From: Bacteroidales bacterium
GTDB taxonomy: Bacteria; Bacteroidota; Bacteroidia; Bacteroidales; P3
DNA: 64,000 nt
NCBI GenBank assembly: GCA_017962615.1
Contig: JAGCUZ010000067.1
Coordinates: 1,017-65,016 of the forward strand
Reading direction: 5' to 3'
Shown piece after piece: positions 1-15,769 of this stretch. Numbering within the stretch: position 1 is the first letter of the stretch; every line of letters begins with the position of its first letter. The translations under genes were made by a program, and so were the position numbers. The notes under the pieces were generated by a model. It was given only the letters and a program-made list of their open reading frames with translations, was not told the origin of the DNA and made no database searches.

Positions 1-191
1 AGTCAGACGCTGACGGCAACGAGTCGTTCCTTGTCGGCGAGGCGGTGAAGGTGGTTGACGGTCCGTTCAACTCATTCAGTGGCATTGTGGAAGAGGTCAA
101 CGACGAGAAGAAGAAGCTGAAAGTCACAGTGAAGATTTTCGGCCGCAAGACGCCGCTCGAGCTCAACTACAACCAGGTCGAGAAGGAATAG
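1..191 (+). CDS. nusG: Transcription termination/antitermination factor NusG, C-terminal (KOW) end; 5' part lies outside the window
   Basis: Frame 3 reads ...[54 protein letters not shown] and ends at TAG 189-191. It has a KOW-like motif and sits directly upstream of rplK, as in the conserved nusG-rplKAJL cluster. Confidence 0.8.
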   Translation, partial: SDADGNESFLVGEAVKVVDGPFNSFSGIVEEVNDEKKKLKVTVKIFGRKTPLELNYNQVEKE

Positions 192-231
192 TTAACAGTA
201 ACACTTAACTAACATTAATCACTAACTAACA

Positions 232-675
232 ATGGCAAAAGAAGTTGCAGGATTAATCAAACTGCAAATCAAAGGCGGTGCCGCGAACCCCGCTCCTCCT
301 GTAGGACCCGCACTGGGTGCGAAGGGTGTGAACATCATGGAGTTCTGCAAGCAGTTCAATGCCCGTACGCAGGATAAGGCCGGCAAGATCGTTCCGGTCA
401 TTATCACTGTGTATGCCGACAAGTCCTTTGACTTTGTGGTGAAGACTCCTCCTGTTGCCGTGCAGCTGAAAGAACTGTCCAAAGCACAGAAAGGCTCAGC
501 CGAGCCCAACCGTGTGAAGGTGGCTTCGGTGACATGGGAGCAGGTGCGCCAGATTGCCGAGTCGAAAATGCCCGACTTGAACTGTTTCACTATCGAGTCG
601 GCCATGAGCATGGTTGCAGGCACGGCAAGGAGCATGGGTATCACAGTTACGGGTGAGAACCCTCTGGCGAAATAA
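232..675 (+). CDS. rplK: 50S ribosomal protein L11
   Basis: 147-aa ORF starting [44 protein letters not shown], the canonical L11 N-terminus. Synteny with nusG and rplA supports it. Confidence 0.97.
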   Translation: MAKEVAGLIKLQIKGGAANPAPPVGPALGAKGVNIMEFCKQFNARTQDKAGKIVPVIITVYADKSFDFVVKTPPVAVQLKELSKAQKGSAEPNRVKVASVTWEQVRQIAESKMPDLNCFTIESAMSMVAGTARSMGITVTGENPLAK

Positions 676-741
676 AACAGATTTATTCACAAGTGGTAGC
701 ATCGCGACAGAGCGGTGCGTTGACCACAAAAACAATCAAAC

Positions 742-1437
742 ATGGCAAAATTAACTAAAAAGCAGAAAGAAGCTTTAGCCAAGTTCGACAAGACCAAGAC
801 CTACACTCTTGAAGAGGCGGTCAGTGTAGTCAAGCAGATTACGTATACCAAGTTCGACGCGTCGGTGGACATCGACGTGCGCTTAGGTGTTGACCCGCGC
901 AAGGCCAACCAGATGGTGCGTGGTTCGGTCACCCTGCCTCACGGCACGGGTAAGACTGTCCGCGTGTTGGTTCTTTGTACTCCCGAGAAGGAGGAAGAGG
1001 CTAAGGCAGCAGGTGCCGACTATGTGGGACTGGACGAGTATATCACCAAGATCAAAGGCGGTTGGACCGATGTTGATGTCATCATCACCATGCCCAACGT
1101 CATGCCCAAGATTGGTGCTCTCGGCCGTATACTGGGTCCCCGCGGTCTCATGCCCAACCCCAAGACCGGTACGGTCACCATGGAGGTTGGCAAAGCCGTT
1201 CAGGAGTCGAAGGCTGGTAAGATCGACTTCAAGGTCGACAAGTTCGGTATCATCCACACCGCAGTTGCCAAGGTGTCGTTCGACAACAACAAGATTGTCG
1301 AGAACGCTCGCGAGGTGCTGCAGATGATTATGAAACTGAAACCGTCAGCCGCCAAAGGCACCTATGTCAAGAGCATCGCCATATCAAGCACGATGAGTCC
1401 CGGAGTGCGTGTCGATGTGAAGGCAGCCACAGTGTAA
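742..1437 (+). CDS. rplA: 50S ribosomal protein L1
   Basis: 231-aa ORF containing the L1-typical segments [26 protein letters not shown] and [15 protein letters not shown]. Confidence 0.97.
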   Translation: MAKLTKKQKEALAKFDKTKTYTLEEAVSVVKQITYTKFDASVDIDVRLGVDPRKANQMVRGSVTLPHGTGKTVRVLVLCTPEKEEEAKAAGADYVGLDEYITKIKGGWTDVDVIITMPNVMPKIGALGRILGPRGLMPNPKTGTVTMEVGKAVQESKAGKIDFKVDKFGIIHTAVAKVSFDNNKIVENAREVLQMIMKLKPSAAKGTYVKSIAISSTMSPGVRVDVKAATV

Positions 1438-1510
1438 ACCATTTAGTTAACAGGTTAGTGAATGGTAATCCTTGTGAAAGGGTGATATTCATAAACAAAG
1501 AAAAACCATT

Positions 1511-2041
1511 ATGAGAAAAGAACAGAAAGACCAACTGATCGACTCTTTGTGCGAGGAAATCAAGGCCTATCCCCATCTGTACATTGCTGACATTGGAGGA
1601 TTGGACTCTGTGCAGACCAGCAAGCTGCGTAGAGCGGCTTTCCGCAAAGAGGTGAAGTTGGAAGTCGTAAAGAACACACTTCTGATCAAAGCCTTGGAGA
1701 AGACCGGCATGGATTATTCCGACCTCTTCCCCATCATCAAGGGCGAAACTTCCATAATGCTGTCGAACACCAACAATGCCCCTGCCAAGCTCATAAAAGA
1801 GTTCAGAGCATCGGACAAGAACCTGCAGAAGCCTGTGTTGAAGGGTGCCTATGTGGAGGAATGCTTCTATATCGGAGCAGAGCACCTCGACGCACTTGTC
1901 AACATCAAGTCGAAGAACGAGCTCATTGCCGATGTCGTGGCACTGCTGCAGTCTCCTGCCAAGAATGTCATATCGGCTCTGCAGTCGGCAGGCGGCACGA
2001 TATGTGGTGTTCTTAAGACATTAGAGGAGAAGAAGGCCTAA
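1511..2041 (+). CDS. rplJ: 50S ribosomal protein L10
   Basis: 176-aa ORF between rplA and rplL with an L10-like sequence (LRRAAFRKEVKLEVVKNTL). Confidence 0.94.
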   Translation: MRKEQKDQLIDSLCEEIKAYPHLYIADIGGLDSVQTSKLRRAAFRKEVKLEVVKNTLLIKALEKTGMDYSDLFPIIKGETSIMLSNTNNAPAKLIKEFRASDKNLQKPVLKGAYVEECFYIGAEHLDALVNIKSKNELIADVVALLQSPAKNVISALQSAGGTICGVLKTLEEKKA

Positions 2042-2149
2042 TAAGCCTGAGGAAGTAAAGGTCGGCCCGACCTGACCGTTCAACGGGCGAAAGGGCAAAA
2101 AATAAACGTTAATCAAACAAAAAACAAAACAATTTAAAACAATAAAGTC

Positions 2150-2542
2150 ATGGCAGACATCAAAGCTATTGCTGAAGAATTAGTAAACCTTACTGTTAAG
2201 GAAGTAAAAGAACTTGCAGATCTTCTTAAGGAAGAGTACGGTATTGAACCCGCCGCTGCTGCTGTTGCAGTCGCAGGTGTTGCTGCCGGTGCTGGCGCTG
2301 GTGCAGGCGCTGCCGAAGAGGAGAAGACCTCCTTCGACGTCATCCTGAAGGGCGTGCCCGATGCAACCAAGAAACTCGGCGTGGTGAAGGCTGTGAAAGA
2401 GCAGGCTTCGTTGGGTCTGAAAGAGTCCAAGGAACTTGTTGACAACGCACCCAAGCCCGTGAAAGAGGGAATCTCGAAAGACGAGGCTGAGGCCTTGAAG
2501 AAGGTTCTCGAAGAGGCTGGTGCCGAAGTTGAGATCAAGTAA
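2150..2542 (+). CDS. rplL: 50S ribosomal protein L7/L12
   Basis: 130-aa ORF with an Ala/Gly-rich hinge ([25 protein letters not shown]) and a C-terminal domain ([11 protein letters not shown]...[42 protein letters not shown]). Confidence 0.97.
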   Translation: MADIKAIAEELVNLTVKEVKELADLLKEEYGIEPAAAAVAVAGVAAGAGAGAGAAEEEKTSFDVILKGVPDATKKLGVVKAVKEQASLGLKESKELVDNAPKPVKEGISKDEAEALKKVLEEAGAEVEIK

Positions 2543-2566
2543 CACTGCTTCTCGACAGTCACCCCT

Positions 2567-2608
2567 AAGGAATAGGGCCTCCGGGTTACACCGGAGTGCC
2601 TATTCCTT
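2567..2608 (+). promoter_or_regulatory. Nested hairpin in the rplL-rpoB spacer; candidate attenuator or partial terminator
   Basis: AAGGAATAGG...CCTATTCCTT outer stem encloses CTCCGG-GTTACA-CCGGAG and starts 25 nt after the rplL stop. No U-tract follows. By analogy, the E. coli rplL-rpoB spacer contains an attenuator. Confidence 0.4.
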
Positions 2609-2721
2609 ATTCCTATGTTAATGCGTGCGAGCGCATAGGCGCAAGAATATTATAATATACAAAACACGCAGAACAGCCCGCTCACTCTCAGTAACAAAAC
2701 ATCTAAAAACCCCCAAGACCC

Positions 2722-6525
<3,804 letters not shown>

Positions 6526-6527
6526 AT

Positions 6528-6597
6528 AATTAAAAATTAATAATTAAAGTAATTGAAAAGTGCCTACCATGGGCTCCGAAAGTATTAATTTTTAATT
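6528..6597. repeat. AT-rich perfect 15-bp inverted repeat in the rpoB-rpoC spacer
   Basis: AATTAAAAATTAATA (6528-6542) is the exact reverse complement of TATTAATTTTTAATT (6583-6597), with a 40-nt spacer. Confidence 0.6.
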
Positions 6598-6621
6598 TTT
6601 AATTTTGAATTACAATAAAGT

Positions 6622-11112
<4,491 letters not shown>

Positions 11113-11127
11113 TGAAAGGATCTTACA

Positions 11128-11442
11128 ATGGAGAAACAGAATAAACTGGATATCGACATCACCGCCGATGTGGCCGAAGGCACATACAGCAATCTTGCCA
11201 TAGTGTCGCATTCGCCCACGGAGTTCACCATCGATTTTGCGCAGATGCTGCCCGCCCTGCCCAAGGGCGTGGTGCGCGAGCGCATCATCATGGCTCCCGT
11301 GCATTTCAAGCGGCTGTGTCAGGCCATCGAGGACAATCTGGCGCGCTATGAGAGCCGGTTCGGCGAAATAACCGAGCCCGACCTCTCGGGCGAACAGGGC
11401 GACACCCTGACCTATCCCATCCAGCCTATGGGCAACGCCTGA
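11128..11442 (+). CDS. Small conserved protein, DUF3467-like
   Basis: 104-aa ORF 16 nt downstream of rpoC. The sequence (YSNLAIVSHSPTEFTIDFAQMLP...RIIMAPVHFKRL) matches my recollection of the DUF3467 family often found after rpoC in Bacteroidota. Not verified by search. Confidence 0.65.
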   Translation: MEKQNKLDIDITADVAEGTYSNLAIVSHSPTEFTIDFAQMLPALPKGVVRERIIMAPVHFKRLCQAIEDNLARYESRFGEITEPDLSGEQGDTLTYPIQPMGNA

Positions 11443-11483
11443 CGGCAACCCTATGAATCTGTCTTACTTTAATACTTGAAGAT

Positions 11484-12224
11484 ATGCGTAAAGTATTCTT
11501 GGCCTTATTGTTGACTGCTGCGGCTACATGCCTGCAGGCGCAGTCGCTGCGTTTCATCTACAACGGCGATACGATTGCCAACGGCGACACGGTCGAGTAT
11601 GTTGCCACGGGTAGCGACGACGAGTATGTCGTCGACCTCCTGCTGTACAACGCCGCCGACAGCGCCGCCGAGGCGCGTGTGCGTGTGGCTACCGAGGGCG
11701 GCGACGGCCTCTTCGGCGTGGTCAGCGTCTGCGTGGGCATGTGCTACGAGGGCACGGTGTCCGACTATTTCGAGATGCAGCCCCATGCGGTCTCCGACGG
11801 CATACAGGTGCACTTCAGCTATGAGGCCTCTGCAGCGTCGGGTTCGGGAGTGGGCAGCGACCTCTTCGCAGTGTATGCCGAGGGGCGCGACGCCACCGCC
11901 AAAGAGGGCAGCCCCCGCATCTTCGTCCGTCTGAAGAAGAGTGGCAACGGCTGTGTCGAGGCGCAGTGTAACGACGTGTATTTCAAGACTTATCCCAATC
12001 CGGCGACAGGCCGCTTAACGGTGAGCTATGCCCTGCCTTCAGAGGCCAAGAGCCCGAGGGTCGAGCTGCGCAATGTCAGCGGTCAGCTGGTGGCGTGGCG
12101 CGCCATAGCCGCCAACAGCAGCGAGTGCGTGCTGTCGCTGGATGCCGTCCCCGCAGGCGTGTACATGTGCAGCGTCGTGAGCGACGGCCGCCTTCTGCAA
12201 ACCCGCAAGGTCGTAGTGCGGTAA
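11484..12224 (+). CDS. Secreted protein with a T9SS C-terminal sorting domain
   Basis: Signal peptide MRKVFLALLLTAAATCLQAQS. The C-terminal ~80 aa (TYPNPATGRLTVSY...AGVYMCSVVSDGRLLQTRKVVVR) resemble the Por_Secre_tail type. Confidence 0.8.
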   Translation: MRKVFLALLLTAAATCLQAQSLRFIYNGDTIANGDTVEYVATGSDDEYVVDLLLYNAADSAAEARVRVATEGGDGLFGVVSVCVGMCYEGTVSDYFEMQPHAVSDGIQVHFSYEASAASGSGVGSDLFAVYAEGRDATAKEGSPRIFVRLKKSGNGCVEAQCNDVYFKTYPNPATGRLTVSYALPSEAKSPRVELRNVSGQLVAWRAIAANSSECVLSLDAVPAGVYMCSVVSDGRLLQTRKVVVR

Positions 12225-12368
12225 GACAGCCTCTAACTATTTCAACCACAAGTCTCACTAATCTAACGAATTAGCATTCGTGCTATTCATGCAATTCGTG
12301 GTCTTGTAAAACGAAATTTCAGAGGTTGCGGCGATAAAGTTGAACTCATAATTAACGTGTTTTAGGCG

Positions 12369-12412
12369 AGCTTCTGTCCGCTGCCCCGACGGGCAAACGA
12401 CAGAAGCTTTTT
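12369..12412 (+). terminator. Candidate rho-independent terminator
   Basis: AGCTTCTGTC (12369-12378) pairs with GACAGAAGCT (12399-12408). An inner TGCCC-CGAC-GGGCA hairpin sits in the loop, and TTTT follows. Confidence 0.45.
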
Positions 12413-12464
12413 GTATCATTTTTCCGTCATTTCTCCGTCCGGAATTTGGTGTTTCCAAGTCGGC

Positions 12465-12575
12465 CAGAAAGGGCGTTTTTTGCCCGATTTTAACAAATTT
12501 TTGGTAAATCGTAAGTATATAGTTGATAAGGAGTTGGTGGGACCAACTCTTTATAATCTCTATACCTTCTCTATA
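12465..12575 (+). repeat. Palindrome-bearing intergenic repeat, copy 1 (degenerate)
   Basis: GTAAATCGTAAGTATATAGTTGATAAGGAGTTGGTGGGACCAACTCTTTATAATCTCTATACCTTCTCTA matches the reverse complement of 47591-47658. Flanking similarity (CAGAAA..CCGATTTT..GTAAATCGTAAG) extends the match. Confidence 0.7.
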
Positions 12576-12597
12576 CCTACCCTTTGTTACTATTAGG

Positions 12598-12778
12598 CAG
12601 GGGTGGATTTTTATTCTGGAGGGGGTGAAAAGGGGGGCAATTTTGGGTTGGGAGGGATGGCGGATTTGGAGAAGAGGGGGTGGAATTTTGTTTTGGAGGG
12701 GATGGATTTATATTCTGGTGGGGGTGGAAATGGGGTGGATTTTTGATTGGGAGGGGGTGGGGAAGGGGTGGTGGCACC
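12598..12778 (+). repeat. G-rich degenerate tandem array, unit about 22 bp (GGGGTGGAWTTTTRTTYTGGAG-like)
   Basis: At least 7 consecutive degenerate units can be read directly, for example GGGGTGGATTTTTATTCTGGAG, GGGGTGGAATTTTGTTTTGGAG and GGGATGGATTTATATTCTGGTG. Listed ORFs on both strands here are repeat translations. Confidence 0.7.
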
Positions 12779-13012
12779 TACGGTTGGGTTGCCTGCACCT
12801 CATTATGCCCCCGAAGGGAGTGCATAACAGTGGAATTTCTATGAATAAAAGTCTCACGTCACCGAGTGATAGTGTTAATACCCGCGGAATGTGTATGATT
12901 ACAGGGAATTTTGTTGTAAAATCAGCCCATTGATAATCAGTGGTATGCATTAAAAATAAGCAAAACTAAAAGAATTATTTTCAAGAATCTCGCCCATATA
13001 GAATCTTTTTCG

Positions 13013-13020
13013 TATTTTTG
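13013..13020 (+). promoter_or_regulatory. Bacteroidota-type -7 promoter box (TAnnTTTG)
   Basis: TATTTTTG lies 19 nt upstream of the ATG at 13039. Confidence 0.45.
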
Positions 13021-13038
13021 CAAAAAATTTGAAAGATT

Positions 13039-14697
13039 ATGAGTAGTATAGAAGAACTGAGTATGTTGAAGGAACGTGAGGATCACGTGGAGTTCAAGGC
13101 TGCGGAACATAACTATCCATTCGCGGGCGGCAAGAAGACTGAGCCTAAGGATAGGAGGCACTGTGTGCTGGGCTATGTGGTGGCGCTGGCCAACGAACGT
13201 GGCGGACGCTTGGTATTGGGCATGATGGATGCTTATCCGCACGAGGTGGTGGGCAGTGATTTTGCAGAAAACGAGACGGGTAATTTGGAGGACGAGATTT
13301 ACGAACGTCTGCATATCCGTGTGCGTACAGAGGAATTGCACGACGGGAAAGGACGGAGGGTGCTAGTAATCAAAGTGCCTTCAAGGCCCATCGGCAAGGC
13401 ACTAAGGTTTGAGGGTGTGCCGCTGATGCGTGTTGGTGAGAGCCTGCGGGAGATGGATGATGCTGAGTACTTCTCGATTATATCGGAACAGGATCCTGAT
13501 TATTCCGCACGGTTGTGCGAGGGGTTGACGCTGGAAGATTTGGACGAGACGGCTATCAGCAAGATGCGTGAACTGATAGTGAAGAAACGAGGGAAGAAGG
13601 ATGTGGCTACTATGCCGCAGGAGCAGTTGCTGCGGGACCTTAACCTGATTACCAAAGAGGGGCGGCTGACGAATGCCGCGTTGCTGCTTCTGGGCAAAGA
13701 GGAGGCGATAGGAAAATATATGCCGCAGGCGAATGTGGTGATGGAATACCGGGCCAACAGGAACCAGGTGCGTTATAGCTCGCGCGAGGAGTACAGGCTG
13801 CCGCTGTTTGTGGCCATCGACAAGATATGGGAGTATGTAAACCAGCCGGCTTGCAATCCGCTGCTGCACATCAACGACCTGCCGGTGATTCTGGACTGTA
13901 AGGCCTTCAACGAGGAGACTGTGCGCGAGGCAGTAATCAATGCGACGATTCATAGGAGCCTGCAGATGGGGTCGGACATTTTTATCCGTCTGTATCCTGA
14001 TATGATGGAGATCACGAATCCTGGCGGGTTTCCGTATGGTGTGAATATCGGCAATATCCTGACGGTGAACAGCTCACCCAGAAATCGCCTGATGATGGAG
14101 GTGATTGAAAAGACAGGTCTGATTGAGCGGAGCGGACAGGGCGTGGACCTGATGTGCGCGAACAGTGTGAAGGAGGGGAAACCGCTGCCGGATTACAGCG
14201 CTTCGGACGACTATCAGGTAAGCCTGCGGCTGTACGGTGAGATTCCCGACGATGCATTCTATCTGTTTACGCACGAGATACTGATGAATCAGGAACTGGC
14301 AGACCAACTGAATGCGTTTGACTGGATTACGCTGCACTTTGTGTGGGCAGGGAAGGTGGATGCCGGTTATGAGGAGAGTTTGGCAAAGTTGGTTGGCCTG
14401 AATTTGGTGATGGAGGATACGTACTTCAGGTATGTACTGGCTCCGGCTTATGTGGTGAAGAAGCCAAGGGCGAAGATGGTTGCGAAGCGGGTGGATGCTG
14501 CTGTGCTGGCTAAGGTATACTACGTGATTAAGCGAAGCGGTGAGGCTGCGATGAGCGACTTTGTGGAGGCATTTGACGGTGTGCTGACGCAGAAACAGGT
14601 GCGCACGCTGATCGAGGGCTTGTGCAGAGACTATCTGCTCTCGCAACACGGCAATGCCCGTGCGACAAGATACGTCTGGGCGGAAGAGTACGATTGA
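13039..14697 (+). CDS. Putative DNA-binding/ATP-binding regulator (AlbA_2 Schlafen-like N-terminal domain plus RecG-C-terminal-like HATPase_c_4 domain)
   Basis: 552-aa ORF. The N-terminus EREDHVEFKAAEHNYPF...LANERGGRLVLGM is typical of AlbA_2. The central VREAVINATIHRSL...ITNPGGFPYGV...SSPRNRLMMEVIEKTGLIERSGQGVDLM is typical of the HATPase_c_4 region of 'RecG-like' regulators. The gene looks lower in GC than its neighbours. Confidence 0.75.
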   Translation: MSSIEELSMLKEREDHVEFKAAEHNYPFAGGKKTEPKDRRHCVLGYVVALANERGGRLVLGMMDAYPHEVVGSDFAENETGNLEDEIYERLHIRVRTEELHDGKGRRVLVIKVPSRPIGKALRFEGVPLMRVGESLREMDDAEYFSIISEQDPDYSARLCEGLTLEDLDETAISKMRELIVKKRGKKDVATMPQEQLLRDLNLITKEGRLTNAALLLLGKEEAIGKYMPQANVVMEYRANRNQVRYSSREEYRLPLFVAIDKIWEYVNQPACNPLLHINDLPVILDCKAFNEETVREAVINATIHRSLQMGSDIFIRLYPDMMEITNPGGFPYGVNIGNILTVNSSPRNRLMMEVIEKTGLIERSGQGVDLMCANSVKEGKPLPDYSASDDYQVSLRLYGEIPDDAFYLFTHEILMNQELADQLNAFDWITLHFVWAGKVDAGYEESLAKLVGLNLVMEDTYFRYVLAPAYVVKKPRAKMVAKRVDAAVLAKVYYVIKRSGEAAMSDFVEAFDGVLTQKQVRTLIEGLCRDYLLSQHGNARATRYVWAEEYD

Positions 14698-14795
14698 AAT
14701 GGGGTGAGGGTAGGATTAAGGTTTGGAGGGGGACGGAAGTGATGCAGGGGTGGTGGAAAGGTGGGGGAGGGGTCGCGCGGATATATATAGGGGCG
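14696..14795 (+). repeat. Second G-rich degenerate array; direct partial repeat of 12727-12774
   Basis: GAAATGGGGTG...TTGGAGGGGG...GGGGTGGTGG occurs in the same order as at 12727-12774. The repeat begins inside the stop codon of the preceding gene. Confidence 0.6.
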
Positions 14796-14799
14796 GATT

Positions 14800-14833
14800 T
14801 TTGTTGATAATTTGTGGAAATTTCGTATCTTTG
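14800..14833 (+). promoter_or_regulatory. Candidate Bacteroidota promoter (TTTG ... TATCTTTG) facing the giant gene
   Basis: TATCTTTG at 14826-14833 fits the TAnnTTTG -7 box, with TTTG motifs at 14800-14803 and 14811-14814. No other such box was seen before 15770. Confidence 0.45.
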
Positions 14834-15189
14834 CAAATTACACATAGAGTGCTTGAATTGACAGTGACAATGATAAACGTGTGTATTGCAGTGAGAAAAC
14901 GGCTGCCGAGCCTTGCGTATAGCTGGGTTTGGGGGCGCTGTGCGGGGGAAAAACGAGACGAAAAATGACCGTGAACCGTAGAAAAACGGCGCATTGCCGC
15001 TGTTAAAAAGAGCAAAAAACGAAAACAAAAACAACCGAAATCGAAAGCCAAAACAACCGAAAACACGAAACAGTCAGTGAAGGGGAAGACCGAGGCGAGG
15101 GACGACAGAAACCGAAACGAGTAAGAACAGAAACCGAAACGAAGAAAGGACGAAAACAAATGACAACAGCTTCAAATATGACGGACACT

Positions 15190-15292
15190 TCGAGGGCGCG
15201 TACCTCCGGCACGCTTTATCTATCGGGCACGCCTGACCCCAGACTGCGCTGCGCTTGTCAGGGGTTATTGAGGGCAAGCCTCTCCGAGGCTT
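15190..15292 (+). repeat. Three-hairpin GC-rich module, copy A
   Basis: Contains GCGTACC-TCC-GGCACGC, CCCCAGAC...GTCAGGGG and AAGCCTC-TCC-GAGGCTT. The module is repeated at 15443-15545 and, inverted, at 46174-46276. Confidence 0.85.
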
Positions 15293-15442
15293 TCGAAGAA
15301 CGCTCCGAGACCGCATCGAAGCACACCGAATAAAAACAAAAGCCGGAACGAAAAGGAACAAAATCCGAAACGAGTAAGAACAGAAACCGAAACGAAGAAA
15401 GGACGAAAACAAATGACAACAGCTTCAAATATGACGGACACT

Positions 15443-15545
15443 TCGAGGGCGCGTACCTCCGGCACGCTTTATCTATCGGACACGCCTGACCCCAGACTGC
15501 GCTGCGCTTGTCAGGGGTTATTGAGGGCAAGCCTCTCCGAGGCTT
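15443..15545 (+). repeat. Three-hairpin GC-rich module, copy B
   Basis: Copy of 15190-15292 inside the second 253-bp unit. Confidence 0.85.
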
Positions 15546-15769
15546 TCGAAGAACGCTCCTAGACCGCATCGAAGCACAACGAATAAAAACAAAAGCCGGA
15601 ACGAAAAGGAACAAAATCCAAAACGAAGAAGAAAAGAAACTGAAACGAAGAAGAACAAAATCCAAAACGAACAAGAAAACAAACAAAAACAAGCAATATA
15701 GAGAGCTGGAAACGGAGAGGGCGAGAACTGATAAAACACTAAACAAGACTAAACCCGAGGAGGAGTAAC

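Larger units (their letters stand above)
15118..15623 (+). repeat. 253-bp tandem direct duplication (2 copies, 4 mismatches)
   Basis: 15118-15370 and 15371-15623 align base for base except 4 substitutions. A partial ACAGAAACCGAAACGA unit also lies just upstream (15105-15120). Confidence 0.95.

Noticed and set aside
12523-12933. 136-aa ORF (GWIFILEGVKRG...) and the antisense Pro-rich 66-aa ORF (12577-12777).
   Set aside because: Both are direct translations of the G-rich ~22-bp degenerate DNA repeat, and neither has a start context or family resemblance. I treat the region as non-coding repeat DNA.
15160-15333. 57-aa ATG ORF (MTTASNMTDTSRARTSG...) inside the first 253-bp unit; possible leader peptide.
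   Set aside because: The second copy of the unit carries a premature TAG (15413-15562 frame). The ORF spans the hairpin module, which also occurs non-coding and inverted at 46.2 kb. Nothing shows coding constraint.
15118-15623. Possible CRISPR array or other spacer-repeat structure.
   Set aside because: The period is 253 bp with only two near-identical units. There are no short repeat/unique spacer alternations and no cas genes in the window.
15508-15768. 86-aa Lys-rich ORF ending just before the giant gene, and F/S/L/C-rich minus-strand ORFs at 14716-15848.
   Set aside because: These are translations of A-rich (or T-rich antisense) low-complexity DNA. The first has a TTG pseudo-start and none has a recognisable domain.
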